64,000 nucleotides of DNA from Candidatus Hydrogenedentota bacterium (lineage in GTDB: Bacteria > Hydrogenedentota > Hydrogenedentia > Hydrogenedentales > SLHB01). Position 1 is the stretch's first letter, and each line of letters begins with the position of its first letter. The notes below the pieces were generated by a model. The model searched no databases, had not been told where the DNA came from, and saw only the letters and a list, made by a program, of their open reading frames with translations. Shown here piece after piece: positions 10,127 to 19,581 of this stretch. The stretch is from positions 992,001 through 1,056,000 of the forward strand of contig CAXXYE010000009.1 in the NCBI GenBank assembly GCA_963674865.2, given 5' to 3'. A program made the translations under genes and the position numbers.

Positions 10127-10352
10127 GGGGGCCGACTCGCGGCCTCGCCCAATCTCCCAGACATACCTCGACGTGTCTAGCCTATGGTTTCGCGGCAAGG
10201 CGAGTGGAGGTTTTCGCGGATACGTTCAGTCACAACACGCTACACCACGTCACTTGGCACTTACAATATTCTATGCTACTCTACGCCTACTGATAGGGGG
10301 CGTTCAGCCGTGTAGGCGCCGCGGGCGAGCGAAACGGGAGGACAAGAGACTC

Positions 10353-11624
10353 ATGAGGGAAAAGCATGTTATGAGATGGGAAACGTGCGTGCTGTCCATG
10401 GGATTAGTCTGTGCGCTGGCCGTGTCGGGCTGGGCCGCCGACTTCTCGGATCTGCCTATCGGCTACCTGGAGATTACCGAGTACGAAGATGGCCAACTGA
10501 ATGTCCTGGCGCGATGTGTCCCGGCCGAGAGACTGTTGGCGGATCTGGCCAAGCGTTCCGGAGTGGCCTTGGAATTCCCGACGCCGGTATCGGCCTGCGT
10601 CAGCCTGCCCATACAGCCGGATCGCGATCTCGTCAGGCCGGCGCACTGGTGGTTTGTACAAGTCCTTACAGCCTGCGGGCTTACGCGGCATGTCCCCCCG
10701 GGAGCCGAGACAGGCCAGGTCCGGCCGGAACACCCGGATCGGTATAATCCGATGCTTCCCGAGACTGAAGTGATCGCCAAGTACAAGCGGCCGGCGGTTA
10801 CGCCGGCGACCGCTCCGGGCGAGGGAATTACCGGCGCTGTTCTGATACTCCGAGGCAAGTTCGTTCCTCCCCCCTATCGCGTCGAAGTAGGGGCGCCGTA
10901 TCGCTTGGAGGTGGACGGCGATAGTGCCATCTTAGCTGACGTACTCGTGAACGGCGTTCTGTGGACGCAGGTCGAGGAGCTGCCTACTCCGGGAGAAGGG
11001 ACGCCGGAGCCGAAAATGCCCGCCTCGGGCCAATTTGAGGACGTTCTAACGCTCAGGGATTATGTCTGGCTCGTGTTGTATCCGAAGCACCTCAAGACAT
11101 CCGGGCCCAAGATCGCCCACCAGAGAGTCGTTGAATTTCTGGAAAGCCAGCAGCTCATTGAAAAGATCGTGGATCCCGAGGAGCTTCTGATCATCTATGC
11201 GCACGATCCTCACAGGCTCCCGAACGCACTCGTGCCCGCTGACTATGAGCTCAGCACGGGCCGGTTTGTCGATGACGGCATGGCTATCAACCGGGGCAAG
11301 ACGGCCGCTGAACTTGGCGATGAAGAGGCAGATGAGTTGCGGCATCTCCTGGCGCTCGACCGCGTTGTTGTGAGAGGAACGCATGGCCGCGGCGGCGCGT
11401 CAGGCATCGGTGGCGTGTGCCAGTTCCGGAGTTGTTTGGCTGAGGCTTACACGCTGCCGCTGGCACAGCGCGAGTGCGCTCTTCGGGAAATACTCCGGAA
11501 TAGGTGCGTGGCGCGGGAGTTGGCCGTGAACCTGCCGTCGGACTATCAGGAGCTAACGAAGGCGCTCGACGCACTCGTGGCGGAACTGGAACAACGCCAA
11601 CTTGAGAAGGAACTGGATGGCTGA
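10353..11624 (+). CDS. Hypothetical secreted protein
   Basis: GGAGG lies upstream of ATG 10353. Signal peptide ...LVCALAVSGWA/ADF. No family recognised. Confidence 0.65.
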   Translation: MREKHVMRWETCVLSMGLVCALAVSGWAADFSDLPIGYLEITEYEDGQLNVLARCVPAERLLADLAKRSGVALEFPTPVSACVSLPIQPDRDLVRPAHWWFVQVLTACGLTRHVPPGAETGQVRPEHPDRYNPMLPETEVIAKYKRPAVTPATAPGEGITGAVLILRGKFVPPPYRVEVGAPYRLEVDGDSAILADVLVNGVLWTQVEELPTPGEGTPEPKMPASGQFEDVLTLRDYVWLVLYPKHLKTSGPKIAHQRVVEFLESQQLIEKIVDPEELLIIYAHDPHRLPNALVPADYELSTGRFVDDGMAINRGKTAAELGDEEADELRHLLALDRVVVRGTHGRGGASGIGGVCQFRSCLAEAYTLPLAQRECALREILRNRCVARELAVNLPSDYQELTKALDALVAELEQRQLEKELDG

Positions 11625-11811
11625 CGCAATGGCCGCCCGGAACGCACACTCATAGTCTTGGAGGCCGCACAATGGGATGATTCATCGGCCGTTGGGGGAA
11701 GAGCCTCTCGGACTCGAAGACGATGAAGGCGCTCCAATTCACCTCAAAGGGGGGCGCCGGCCGCAGAATAGGACGCAGAAGACGCTCACGCAGCCAAGGC
11801 CGTTGACGCGT

Positions 11812-14286
11812 TCAGAACGGCAGCGGGCTCACGGGGCCGCGTGGCTGGATGGCGATGATCTGGTTGCCGATCCATGTCGTGGTGTATTCGACGCTATCGA
11901 CGGTTTCCTTCTCGATCTTGGCGGGCACCGGGAATCGCACGATTCCTTGTTGTCCTGATTCGAGGCCGTCCACGAGCAGGAAGCCGTTCTCGAACGCGGG
12001 CTCCCGCGCCTCGCCGTTCACCGTGAGCGATAGGCTGCTGCCGTCCACCCATGGCGGAATGCGCACTTCCACGCGTTTCGCCGTGCCGACGGTGAAGCGG
12101 ATTCGGCCCTCAAAGGGCAGGGCGCTGTCGAGCACGAGTGCTTCTCCTTCGTAGTCGAACAGGATGATCACGCGGCTCGTTTCGCCGTCGCTGACGCAGC
12201 GCCGCTTGTAGCACTCGCTCATGGCGTGGACGGCGCCCGAGGTAATATCCAGCGTGGAGATAGGCCAGCCGCCCTCCCGTGAGCGATCATTCGGGAGCTG
12301 CATGGAGAATCCGCCGATGGAGCGCCGGAGCACATCGCGTTCCGCGTCGCTCTTAGGATGCTCGTTCTCATGCATAATCCGCCGGAGATCTTCCTCGCGG
12401 TACTGAGTGGGGAGGAGCATGCTGCGCAGATACCGCTCGGCAAGTTCGTAGTACGCCGTGTATCCTGCGTCGCCCAGCAGCAGGGCCGTACGCACCACGT
12501 CGCCCGTCTGGTTGATCTCGCCGCGAGAAAGCAGATTGGCGGGATGATCCGGGAAGACCTCATCGCCCCATCCCCATGAGCTGTGGTATTCCGGGACGCC
12601 TACGTCCATGATCCGCCGGCATGTGGCCAGCATCGCGGCGTCCTTCGAGAGGATGGCGTAGTCCGTGATGCCGCTGAGAGCGGAAGTGATGCTGTGAACA
12701 TGTCCCGAGGAGCGGCGCCACTCCGTGAACCGGCCGTCTTCGTCGAACATCTCGGCCAGGCCGGCGCGCGCGTAACGCCCCGCGAGGTCCAGGGCGACGG
12801 GATCTTCAGTCAGCCGGTAATAGGCCAGCAAGGGATCGATCATTCGCGCGGCATTGGGGGCGGAAATGCCGTAGCAAAGGCCGTCCATACCTTGCTCCGC
12901 GGCCAGAGCCGGCGACCACCGGCCGTCTTCGCCCGTCATCGCCTGAAGCGTCCGCACCATCTTGTGGGCTTCGTCGCGCGCCCAGTCCGAGCCGGGCCGC
13001 TGCATCAACGCCCACAGGCCGTACAATCCCTCCCGCATGTTGTGAAACTCGATGAAGCGCTTGTTCTCCTTGTCGGGATCGAAATAGGAGTTCAGGTGGT
13101 TTGGATTGTCAAAGGAACTCTTGCAGTACCGTTCGAGGATCGACAGTCCCTCGGCCGGAAATGGGAAGCCCGTCGCCTGATCGGCCTCGGTACATCCCAA
13201 GAGACACCGCCCCACCACGTGAGGTATCCCGATGTTGACGGAGTGGTGCATCACCCCCGTGCCGTCCGGCCTGAGATCCGAGAAGAAGAAGGGCTCGTTG
13301 TCCTTGTCTGCGTCGAAGAGGCTTGTCAGATGGACTGCGGCGAGCCGGATGGCCGTCCCGAGGTCGGTGCGCACAGGAAGTCGGGACAAGTCCGTCCCGG
13401 ATTCGGCGGCAAAGGCCTCCGCGTCCGGCCATTCCTTCGTAACTTTCGCCGGGATCATCCGGTTTTTCGCGCGTTCTTCCTCGGCATCCATGAACTCCTC
13501 CCTCACCATTCGGCTCTCCTCCGCAGAAACCTGGCGGGACGCCACGATGGCCGTGCGCTCCTCCGGCGTCAATACGCGCGCATAGAGAAGCGCCTCGGCG
13601 ATCTCCCCCCGGAAATGGACCCGCTCACTGCCGCCGAAGCACCTGGCCCCGATCCGCACCTCGTCCATGACGGTCTTGGCGGGCTGGACGGGGCGCGTGC
13701 CTTCGAGGACACCGTCCACATAGAGGCGTACTTCTTGCCGATCCCGCTCCACGATAAGCACGTGGGGCGTTCCGTATGGGAACGCGCTCTCTAGCTGATC
13801 CTGTTGCCCCCCGATGCGCCCCGCGCCCTCAATGCTGATTTGGTCGAAGGCGCCCCCGGACGCGAAGAGGTCTACCGTGAAGCCGGGATCGTAGTCGTGC
13901 CCATCACGGGAACGTGCGGTGCAGAGCCCGCCTCCGGGCCCGCCGGAGAAAGGGGCCGCGACGAGCACAAGTGCCCACGCATCACAAGCTTGGCCGAAAG
14001 CGGTGTCGCGCAGTACGTCATCGACGCCGTCAAAGAACACGGCCGGTCTCGCGGGCTTGCCATCGTGTGCGGCCAGTGTCGGATGCCGGTGAGGTTCGGA
14101 GGTGAGGCGGTTCGTGAATCCGGGCGCGCGGTTTTGCCACCACGCGACGTGGCCGTCCTCAGTACCCATCGACGCGGCGGCGGCGGCGTCGAGCCAGAGA
14201 ATGAGGCCCTCTTGAGGAGTCTCCGCGCCGCACGCAAACGCCCACAACGCCGCTACGGCCAGGGCAGGCAAAATGACTTGTTTCAA
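11812..14286 (-). CDS. Secreted LamG/concanavalin-like domain plus GH127-like (alpha/alpha)6 putative glycosidase
   Basis: TTG start with RBS GAGGAG and a signal peptide. LILWLDA, FDGVDDVL and FRGEIAEALLYARVL mark LamG. GHVHSIT, YYELAERYLR and VEVRIPPWV resemble GH127. Confidence 0.6.
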   Translation of the reverse strand: MKQVILPALAVAALWAFACGAETPQEGLILWLDAAAAASMGTEDGHVAWWQNRAPGFTNRLTSEPHRHPTLAAHDGKPARPAVFFDGVDDVLRDTAFGQACDAWALVLVAAPFSGGPGGGLCTARSRDGHDYDPGFTVDLFASGGAFDQISIEGAGRIGGQQDQLESAFPYGTPHVLIVERDRQEVRLYVDGVLEGTRPVQPAKTVMDEVRIGARCFGGSERVHFRGEIAEALLYARVLTPEERTAIVASRQVSAEESRMVREEFMDAEEERAKNRMIPAKVTKEWPDAEAFAAESGTDLSRLPVRTDLGTAIRLAAVHLTSLFDADKDNEPFFFSDLRPDGTGVMHHSVNIGIPHVVGRCLLGCTEADQATGFPFPAEGLSILERYCKSSFDNPNHLNSYFDPDKENKRFIEFHNMREGLYGLWALMQRPGSDWARDEAHKMVRTLQAMTGEDGRWSPALAAEQGMDGLCYGISAPNAARMIDPLLAYYRLTEDPVALDLAGRYARAGLAEMFDEDGRFTEWRRSSGHVHSITSALSGITDYAILSKDAAMLATCRRIMDVGVPEYHSSWGWGDEVFPDHPANLLSRGEINQTGDVVRTALLLGDAGYTAYYELAERYLRSMLLPTQYREEDLRRIMHENEHPKSDAERDVLRRSIGGFSMQLPNDRSREGGWPISTLDITSGAVHAMSECYKRRCVSDGETSRVIILFDYEGEALVLDSALPFEGRIRFTVGTAKRVEVRIPPWVDGSSLSLTVNGEAREPAFENGFLLVDGLESGQQGIVRFPVPAKIEKETVDSVEYTTTWIGNQIIAIQPRGPVSPLPF

Positions 14287-14571
14287 GAGAAGCGACTCCT
14301 CGAAGCATACGGTTATGTCCGCGACGTTGTCACGGCAGTGCCAAAGGGGGCCTCGATTGAGCTAATCAGAAACTGGTTGGCGGTTCAAGCCTGAGGCCGG
14401 CTCCGGGCGTGTCTAGCGGGGGCGTCCGTTAGCCCCTGCCACTGGCCAAACGAGTGCGAACGCGGTATGATGATCCTCGGTGGAGACGGGGAGTGTCGGC
14501 GATGCACGTCGCGGGCCCGTGGCAGGGCGCCGCGCCGGCGTCGGGGTCACGCGAAAACGCGGAGGCGGAAC

Positions 14572-17500
14572 GTGAGCGAATACCGTGAGACAAGGAAGCG
14601 GCGAACTTCGCCGGCGCTATTCATTACTTTTGTCCTTGGATTCCTGATCGGGCTGACAACCTTCTATGCCATGTACCGTTCTATCCGGCGCGACGCGGGC
14701 ACGGAACCTTCGGAGCAGCCGCCGGCAGTGGCCACCACCGTCGAGGCGCCCGAGCCGACGGCCCCGGAGACTCCGGCACAGTCGGAGGCGGATGTGCCGC
14801 CCATAGAGGAGTCGATTGAGGAAACAATAGCGGGCACGGCCCCTGAAATGCCCGCCGCCGAGGAGGCTTCGCCTGAAGCGCCGGCAACGCCGGAAGCCGC
14901 GCCACCGGAGGAAATTGCCGACGTTGTCCCCGCGGCGCATGTGCCGCCGCCGCCCGTCGAACCGACGCCGCCGAGCCCCTGGCCGGCACGCCACCTTTTC
15001 ATAGGCATCGAGGGCATGAGGCTCGACGATGCCACGCGCTCCCTTCTCCACGACCTCAAGCCGGGCGGGGTGGTACTCGAAGCCGAGAATTTTGCATCGA
15101 GCGAGCAGGTGCGAAACCTGATCAAGGCCATCAAGCAAAGTGTGGGATTGGGCGAAACGCTGGCGGACCTTCCGCTCATTGCCGTATGCCAGGAAGGCGG
15201 CGATCGGAACTGCCTGGGTTTGAGAGAGGCCCCCAGCCCGGCCGACTTAAGCGTCATTGGTGACCCGGAGCTTGCGAAGGCGGCCGGGGCGCGATACGGT
15301 GCAGCCGCCGTTGGCGATGGCATCGCGGTACTCCTATCGCCCTCACTTGACGTGTATGTGCCCGGCACGGGCGAGGTGGCGCTGGCGACACGCACCTTCG
15401 GCAGCGATCAGGTGGCCGTGACGGAGATGGGGCTGGCGTTCGCGGAAGGGGTCATGGACAGCGGGGCGCTTCCGGTGGTGAAGCACTATCCGGGACAAGG
15501 CGCCGCCCAGCGGACGCCGGATGACGTGGCCGTGGTGGCCGAGACGGATCCGACGCGGCTTGCCCAGTTCCTTTTTCCCTTCAAGGAAGCGGTTGCCAAG
15601 GGCCTTCCCGGCTTGATGGTAGGCCATGCGGTAGTCCCTGCGTTGAATCCGGATGATCCGATGCGCCCGGCGTCACTGTCGCCGGTACTGGTGCGGACAC
15701 TTCTCCGTGATCGGTGGGCGTACGATGGCATCGTGATCACGGACGACCTCCGGGCGCCAACCATGACGCGGGCCGTCGAGGGAGCAGCCGTAGAGGCCCT
15801 TGCCGCGGGATGCGACGCAGTGCAGGTGCTCTTGTACAACCCATCGCGCATACGGGCCTTATGCGCGGCTATCGAAGGGGCCGTTGACGACGGACTGATC
15901 GCGCCGGATGCGCTGGATGAGAGCAAGAGGCGCTTGGATGCCTGGCAGGACTGGCTGCGTGAGCAGCATGATCTGCCGGAGTACGTGCCGTCGGCCGTGC
16001 CTGTAGAGGCGCCTCCCGAGCCGGTTCAGTTGGCCAGCGCGCAGCAAGGCGCCGAGCCAACACTTTCGGAAGAGCCTCCCCAGGTACCGGCGACACCCCC
16101 GGCCACTCCGGCCGAGGAGGCATCGCAGACAGCCGAACCGTCTGCTGAAATGCCATCTGAGACTCCATCGCCCGAGGCGTCCGTCGAGTCGAAAGTGGAA
16201 GACGTGCCGGCGGAAGCGCCAAAGGCAGCAACGACCCCCGAACCGGAGTCTACGACGCCGGCTCCCGAGATTGCGGAACCGGTTGACGAAGCGTCCCCCG
16301 CGATCCCGGAAACCGAACAGGCATCTGAGGAGAGTCCTGAGCAAGTTGATACCTCGACGCCGCAGATGACGACACCGGAAGCGCCGGAGGTTGTCCCAGA
16401 GACTATGCCGGAGTCAGCGGCCGAACCAACGCCTGAGCCGGAACGTCCCGCGCCTCCTGAGGACATGGCGGAGACGCCGTCCGAGGAGGCGCCGGCAACT
16501 GAACATAAGGCGGCGCCTGAAGCAGCAGAGGCGCCGGATGCAGCCGCGACAGAGGTACCGGCCTCGGCCGAGCCGGAAAGGCCCGCGGAGAAGACGCCGG
16601 CCGGGACACCGCAAGAGCCTGAACAGGCCCCGGCCGTGCCCGAGGCGCCCGAGAGCGAGCAGGCGGCGCAGCCGGCCGCCGAAAAGGCCCTGCCGCCGGA
16701 GACACCCGCCGAGCCTGAGCCCGTCGTTGAGGAAACGTCGACAGAAGTCCCGGCGGAGACGATGACATCCCCTGACGAACCAACCATTGACTCCGAGGCT
16801 GGGGGCGCGGACGTGGCCGAATCTTCCCCGGCACCGGCCGAGGAGGAATCCCCGGTACCCGCCGCTGAGAGACCTCAGGATGCCGAACCTAGCAGGAAGG
16901 CGGCGGGGCCGCCTCAGGGGATGAAGAAGGTCAAACACCTGATCCAGCGGGGCGACTCGCTCTGGGGAATTGCCGCCGAATACGATGTCGCCAAAGAAGA
17001 CATCATGCGCTGGAACAAGATGACGAGCACGGCGATCAAGTATGGCCAGAAGCTTATCATCTACGTGCCCGACCCTGATGCCCCGCAGGAGTCTGAGCCA
17101 CCTGCACCGGATGTTGAGCAGATCCCGCCTACCGAGGAATCACCGCCTCCGGTTCCCGCTCCAGAGGCCGTTCAGCCGGCGTCCGAGACATCCGAAACAC
17201 CGGAAGCCGTAATCGAGGAACCGAGTCCAACGGCTGAGTCGGCAGTGGGGGAGGAGAGGTCCCCGCCTGCACCTGAGCCGGAGGCTACGGAGGAAATCCC
17301 AGCGGCGGAAGCGCTGCGGGACGCCGTCGAAGCAGAGTCACCCCCCCCGCCCCCGCCGCAAGCCGCTGAGGAGGAGGCCATAGCGACGCCCGAACCAGTC
17401 GTTGCGGAAGAAAGCACGCCGCCTGTGGCCGAGTCCGTGGCGGAGCCGGCAGCGGAAGAGCCACCCGCGGAGCCTGAACCGGCGCGCGTCAAAATCGAAT

Positions 17501-17844
17501 ACACGGTGACGGAAAACGACACCCTCACCGGGATCGCCATCAAGTACCACGTGCGCGTGACGGACCTGCTGAATTGGAATAACCTCACGGGGCCGCGGAT
17601 CATCTCCGGACAGGTCCTTACCATCTACCTCGATCAGGTTGCCCGGCAGACGTCGCTTCCGGGTGATGAGACGGCGGGAATGGTGACTTACGAGGTCCAG
17701 AGCGGCGATACGCTGTCGGCGATCGCGGCGCGGTTCGGTGTGCCCGCACAGGCCATCATGGACCAGAACGGCCTACGGGACGCCAATCACGTTCGTCTTG
17801 GGCAGAAGCTGAGGATTCCGCGCCTCGTCAGCGTCGAGCCATAG
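14572..17844 (+). CDS. Membrane-anchored GH3 (NagZ-like) domain, long acidic Pro/Glu/Ala linker and three LysM domains
   Basis: GTG 14572 follows GGAGG. N-terminal TM helix. Motifs PGGVVL, QEGG, RTFGSD, KHYPG, PASLSP..LLR and GIVITDDL, plus three LysM consensus repeats. Confidence 0.85.
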   Translation: MSEYRETRKRRTSPALFITFVLGFLIGLTTFYAMYRSIRRDAGTEPSEQPPAVATTVEAPEPTAPETPAQSEADVPPIEESIEETIAGTAPEMPAAEEASPEAPATPEAAPPEEIADVVPAAHVPPPPVEPTPPSPWPARHLFIGIEGMRLDDATRSLLHDLKPGGVVLEAENFASSEQVRNLIKAIKQSVGLGETLADLPLIAVCQEGGDRNCLGLREAPSPADLSVIGDPELAKAAGARYGAAAVGDGIAVLLSPSLDVYVPGTGEVALATRTFGSDQVAVTEMGLAFAEGVMDSGALPVVKHYPGQGAAQRTPDDVAVVAETDPTRLAQFLFPFKEAVAKGLPGLMVGHAVVPALNPDDPMRPASLSPVLVRTLLRDRWAYDGIVITDDLRAPTMTRAVEGAAVEALAAGCDAVQVLLYNPSRIRALCAAIEGAVDDGLIAPDALDESKRRLDAWQDWLREQHDLPEYVPSAVPVEAPPEPVQLASAQQGAEPTLSEEPPQVPATPPATPAEEASQTAEPSAEMPSETPSPEASVESKVEDVPAEAPKAATTPEPESTTPAPEIAEPVDEASPAIPETEQASEESPEQVDTSTPQMTTPEAPEVVPETMPESAAEPTPEPERPAPPEDMAETPSEEAPATEHKAAPEAAEAPDAAATEVPASAEPERPAEKTPAGTPQEPEQAPAVPEAPESEQAAQPAAEKALPPETPAEPEPVVEETSTEVPAETMTSPDEPTIDSEAGGADVAESSPAPAEEESPVPAAERPQDAEPSRKAAGPPQGMKKVKHLIQRGDSLWGIAAEYDVAKEDIMRWNKMTSTAIKYGQKLIIYVPDPDAPQESEPPAPDVEQIPPTEESPPPVPAPEAVQPASETSETPEAVIEEPSPTAESAVGEERSPPAPEPEATEEIPAAEALRDAVEAESPPPPPPQAAEEEAIATPEPVVAEESTPPVAESVAEPAAEEPPAEPEPARVKIEYTVTENDTLTGIAIKYHVRVTDLLNWNNLTGPRIISGQVLTIYLDQVARQTSLPGDETAGMVTYEVQSGDTLSAIAARFGVPAQAIMDQNGLRDANHVRLGQKLRIPRLVSVEP

Positions 17845-17890
17845 CGGCCACCGGCGCGTCTTCCCGCGATGGCCTGTGCGTCGAAAGAGG

Positions 17891-18396
17891 CAAGAGAGAG
17901 GAGGCGGACTATGACGGATAGGCACATGGAAACGACGAGTTCTTCATCGTCATCGTCATCGGCGCCGGGGGAAGGAGCCATTTTGTCTGCGACAGGGGCG
18001 GCGGCGTTGCTGTTGCGATTGTCGCTGGGAATGCTCTTTATTACGGCGGCCCTTAACAAGTTCACGGGAGAGGGTGGTGCCGCCGGCGCAACGCGCTGGA
18101 TCATCGGCGAATTGCGCGAAACGTATCTGCCCAACGCTCTCCTGATCCCCTATGCATACGTGCTTCCCTACGTGGAGATTATCCTCGGGAGCGTGCTTAT
18201 TCTGGGGATCTTCACCCGGTGGGCGCTGACGTTCTGCGGTCTTCTCCTGATATCCCTCGCCCTCGGCAAAGCGGCGACGCAGGACTACACGACGGTGTCG
18301 CAGAATCTGAATTACGTATTGATGGCCGCTGTGGGCCTCTGGCTGGCGTCGCGCGATAATCCGTACGCGCTGGATGCTCTCTTGGGGCGCGATTAG
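17891..18396 (+). CDS. DoxX family membrane protein
   Basis: Motifs LLLRLSLGMLFITAALNK, LPYVEIILGSVLILGIFTRWA and YALDALL. GGAGG upstream. Confidence 0.8.
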
Positions 18397-18397
18397 G

Positions 18398-18504
18398 CCG
18401 CTCTTCTCACTGCCGCATAGCGAGACTTACGGAAGTCACGCGGAACGGGCACTTCGATTCACAAGGCCGCCATCGAGTGACAGCCCCCAAAAGCGGGGCG
18501 CAGA
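18398..18504 (+). repeat. Dispersed repeat family C, copy 1
   Basis: The first ~53 nt align with 61233-61286. The 16-mer AAAAGCGGGGCGCAGA is shared exactly with 61387-61402. Confidence 0.65.
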
Positions 18505-18546
18505 AGGACTATATGTGAGCCGTTGGCGTTAGGCCCGAGCGCTGGG

Positions 18547-19380
18547 TCAGCGTCTTCGGCCGCCCCCGCCTCCGTAGAACCCTCCGCCACGCATGGGCAT
18601 CCCCCCGCTCATCGTGAAGAACGGGCTGGACATCGTATCCCGTATGGCGTCGGCGAACGCTTGCTGCTGTTGAGTATCCTTGATGCCGTTGGAAGCGGCC
18701 AAATCGCGCAGCATCTGATCCTGCTGCTCGCGAAGCAGATTGCGGCGGGCGTCCTGAGATTCCCCGAGGGCTTCCCGGATGGCTTGGCGCTCTTCGTCCG
18801 TTTCGGCGTCACGCATCTGCTGCATAAGTTCCGCGGAGTAGTCGAAATGCTCCTGGAGCGCGGCGAGGCGTTCCCGCGAGGCCTGGTCTTTCGCCTTCGC
18901 CATCTCGGTGCTCATGAATGTGTCCATACGGTCGCGAAACTGATCCCGCTGCGCACGCCACCGCTCCTGGGCTTCTTCGTTGTTTCTGTCATCCCTGCCT
19001 GGACCACGCCTGCGGTCCGGTCGCTCTTCGTCCTGTCCTTCGCCCGAACGCCCGTTGCCGCGGGCGGGCCGTTCAGGCTCCTCGCTCACGATGGAGGCCT
19101 CCACTTGGGTTGGCAATTCCTCGGCAGGAGAAGGGGTAGGCGGGTGTGTCTCGAGGAACGCTAGGTCACCTTCGAGCGCCTCATTCTCCCGCTCCAACTG
19201 CTCGACCCGCTGGCCGGTGTCGCGCACCTGTGCCTCCAAGTCGGCGTTGGCGGCCTTGAGGGCGTCCCGCTCTCCCGTTAGGACGTCGAGGCCCTTCGCA
19301 TACCGTGTTTGCAGAGCCAAGGCGCTGCAAACAGCGCCCAGAGAAAGGGCGACCACTGTAAGGATGATTGACCTTGTCAT
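18547..19380 (-). CDS. Hypothetical exported coiled-coil protein with a Gly/Arg-rich tail
   Basis: Hydrophobic N-terminus, heptad-like helices and C-terminal GGGFYGGGGGRRR. Confidence 0.65.
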   Translation of the reverse strand: MTRSIILTVVALSLGAVCSALALQTRYAKGLDVLTGERDALKAANADLEAQVRDTGQRVEQLERENEALEGDLAFLETHPPTPSPAEELPTQVEASIVSEEPERPARGNGRSGEGQDEERPDRRRGPGRDDRNNEEAQERWRAQRDQFRDRMDTFMSTEMAKAKDQASRERLAALQEHFDYSAELMQQMRDAETDEERQAIREALGESQDARRNLLREQQDQMLRDLAASNGIKDTQQQQAFADAIRDTMSSPFFTMSGGMPMRGGGFYGGGGGRRR

Positions 19381-19526
19381 ATTCCGTATAACCCCATCCT
19401 ATGGCCAGAGTTCCCTCAGTGGATCCCATTCTACACACAATGCCCCATATGGCAAAGTCCCGGCAGTGAAGGGACAAGACCATGGATCGACCTCGCGAAC
19501 GTGCTTGGCCACCGAAAGGGAGGGGA

Positions 19527-19561
19527 GGGGGGAGCTTCCCGGAGAGATGGAAGCTCCCCCC
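19527..19561. terminator. Strong hairpin downstream of the PHP-GT4 gene, probable terminator
   Basis: GGGGGGAGCTTCC-N9-GGAAGCTCCCCCC forms a 13-bp stem 20 nt after the stop at 19582. The U-tract is weak on the minus strand. Confidence 0.55.
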
Positions 19562-19581
19562 CGTTTTGCGGGAAGCCGCGG

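Noticed and set aside
15960..17480. Repeat array or CRISPR in the low-complexity linker, and long antisense ORFs such as 16026-16787
   Set aside because: There is no fixed repeat-spacer period. It is P/E/A-rich coding sequence with stop-poor shadow frames.
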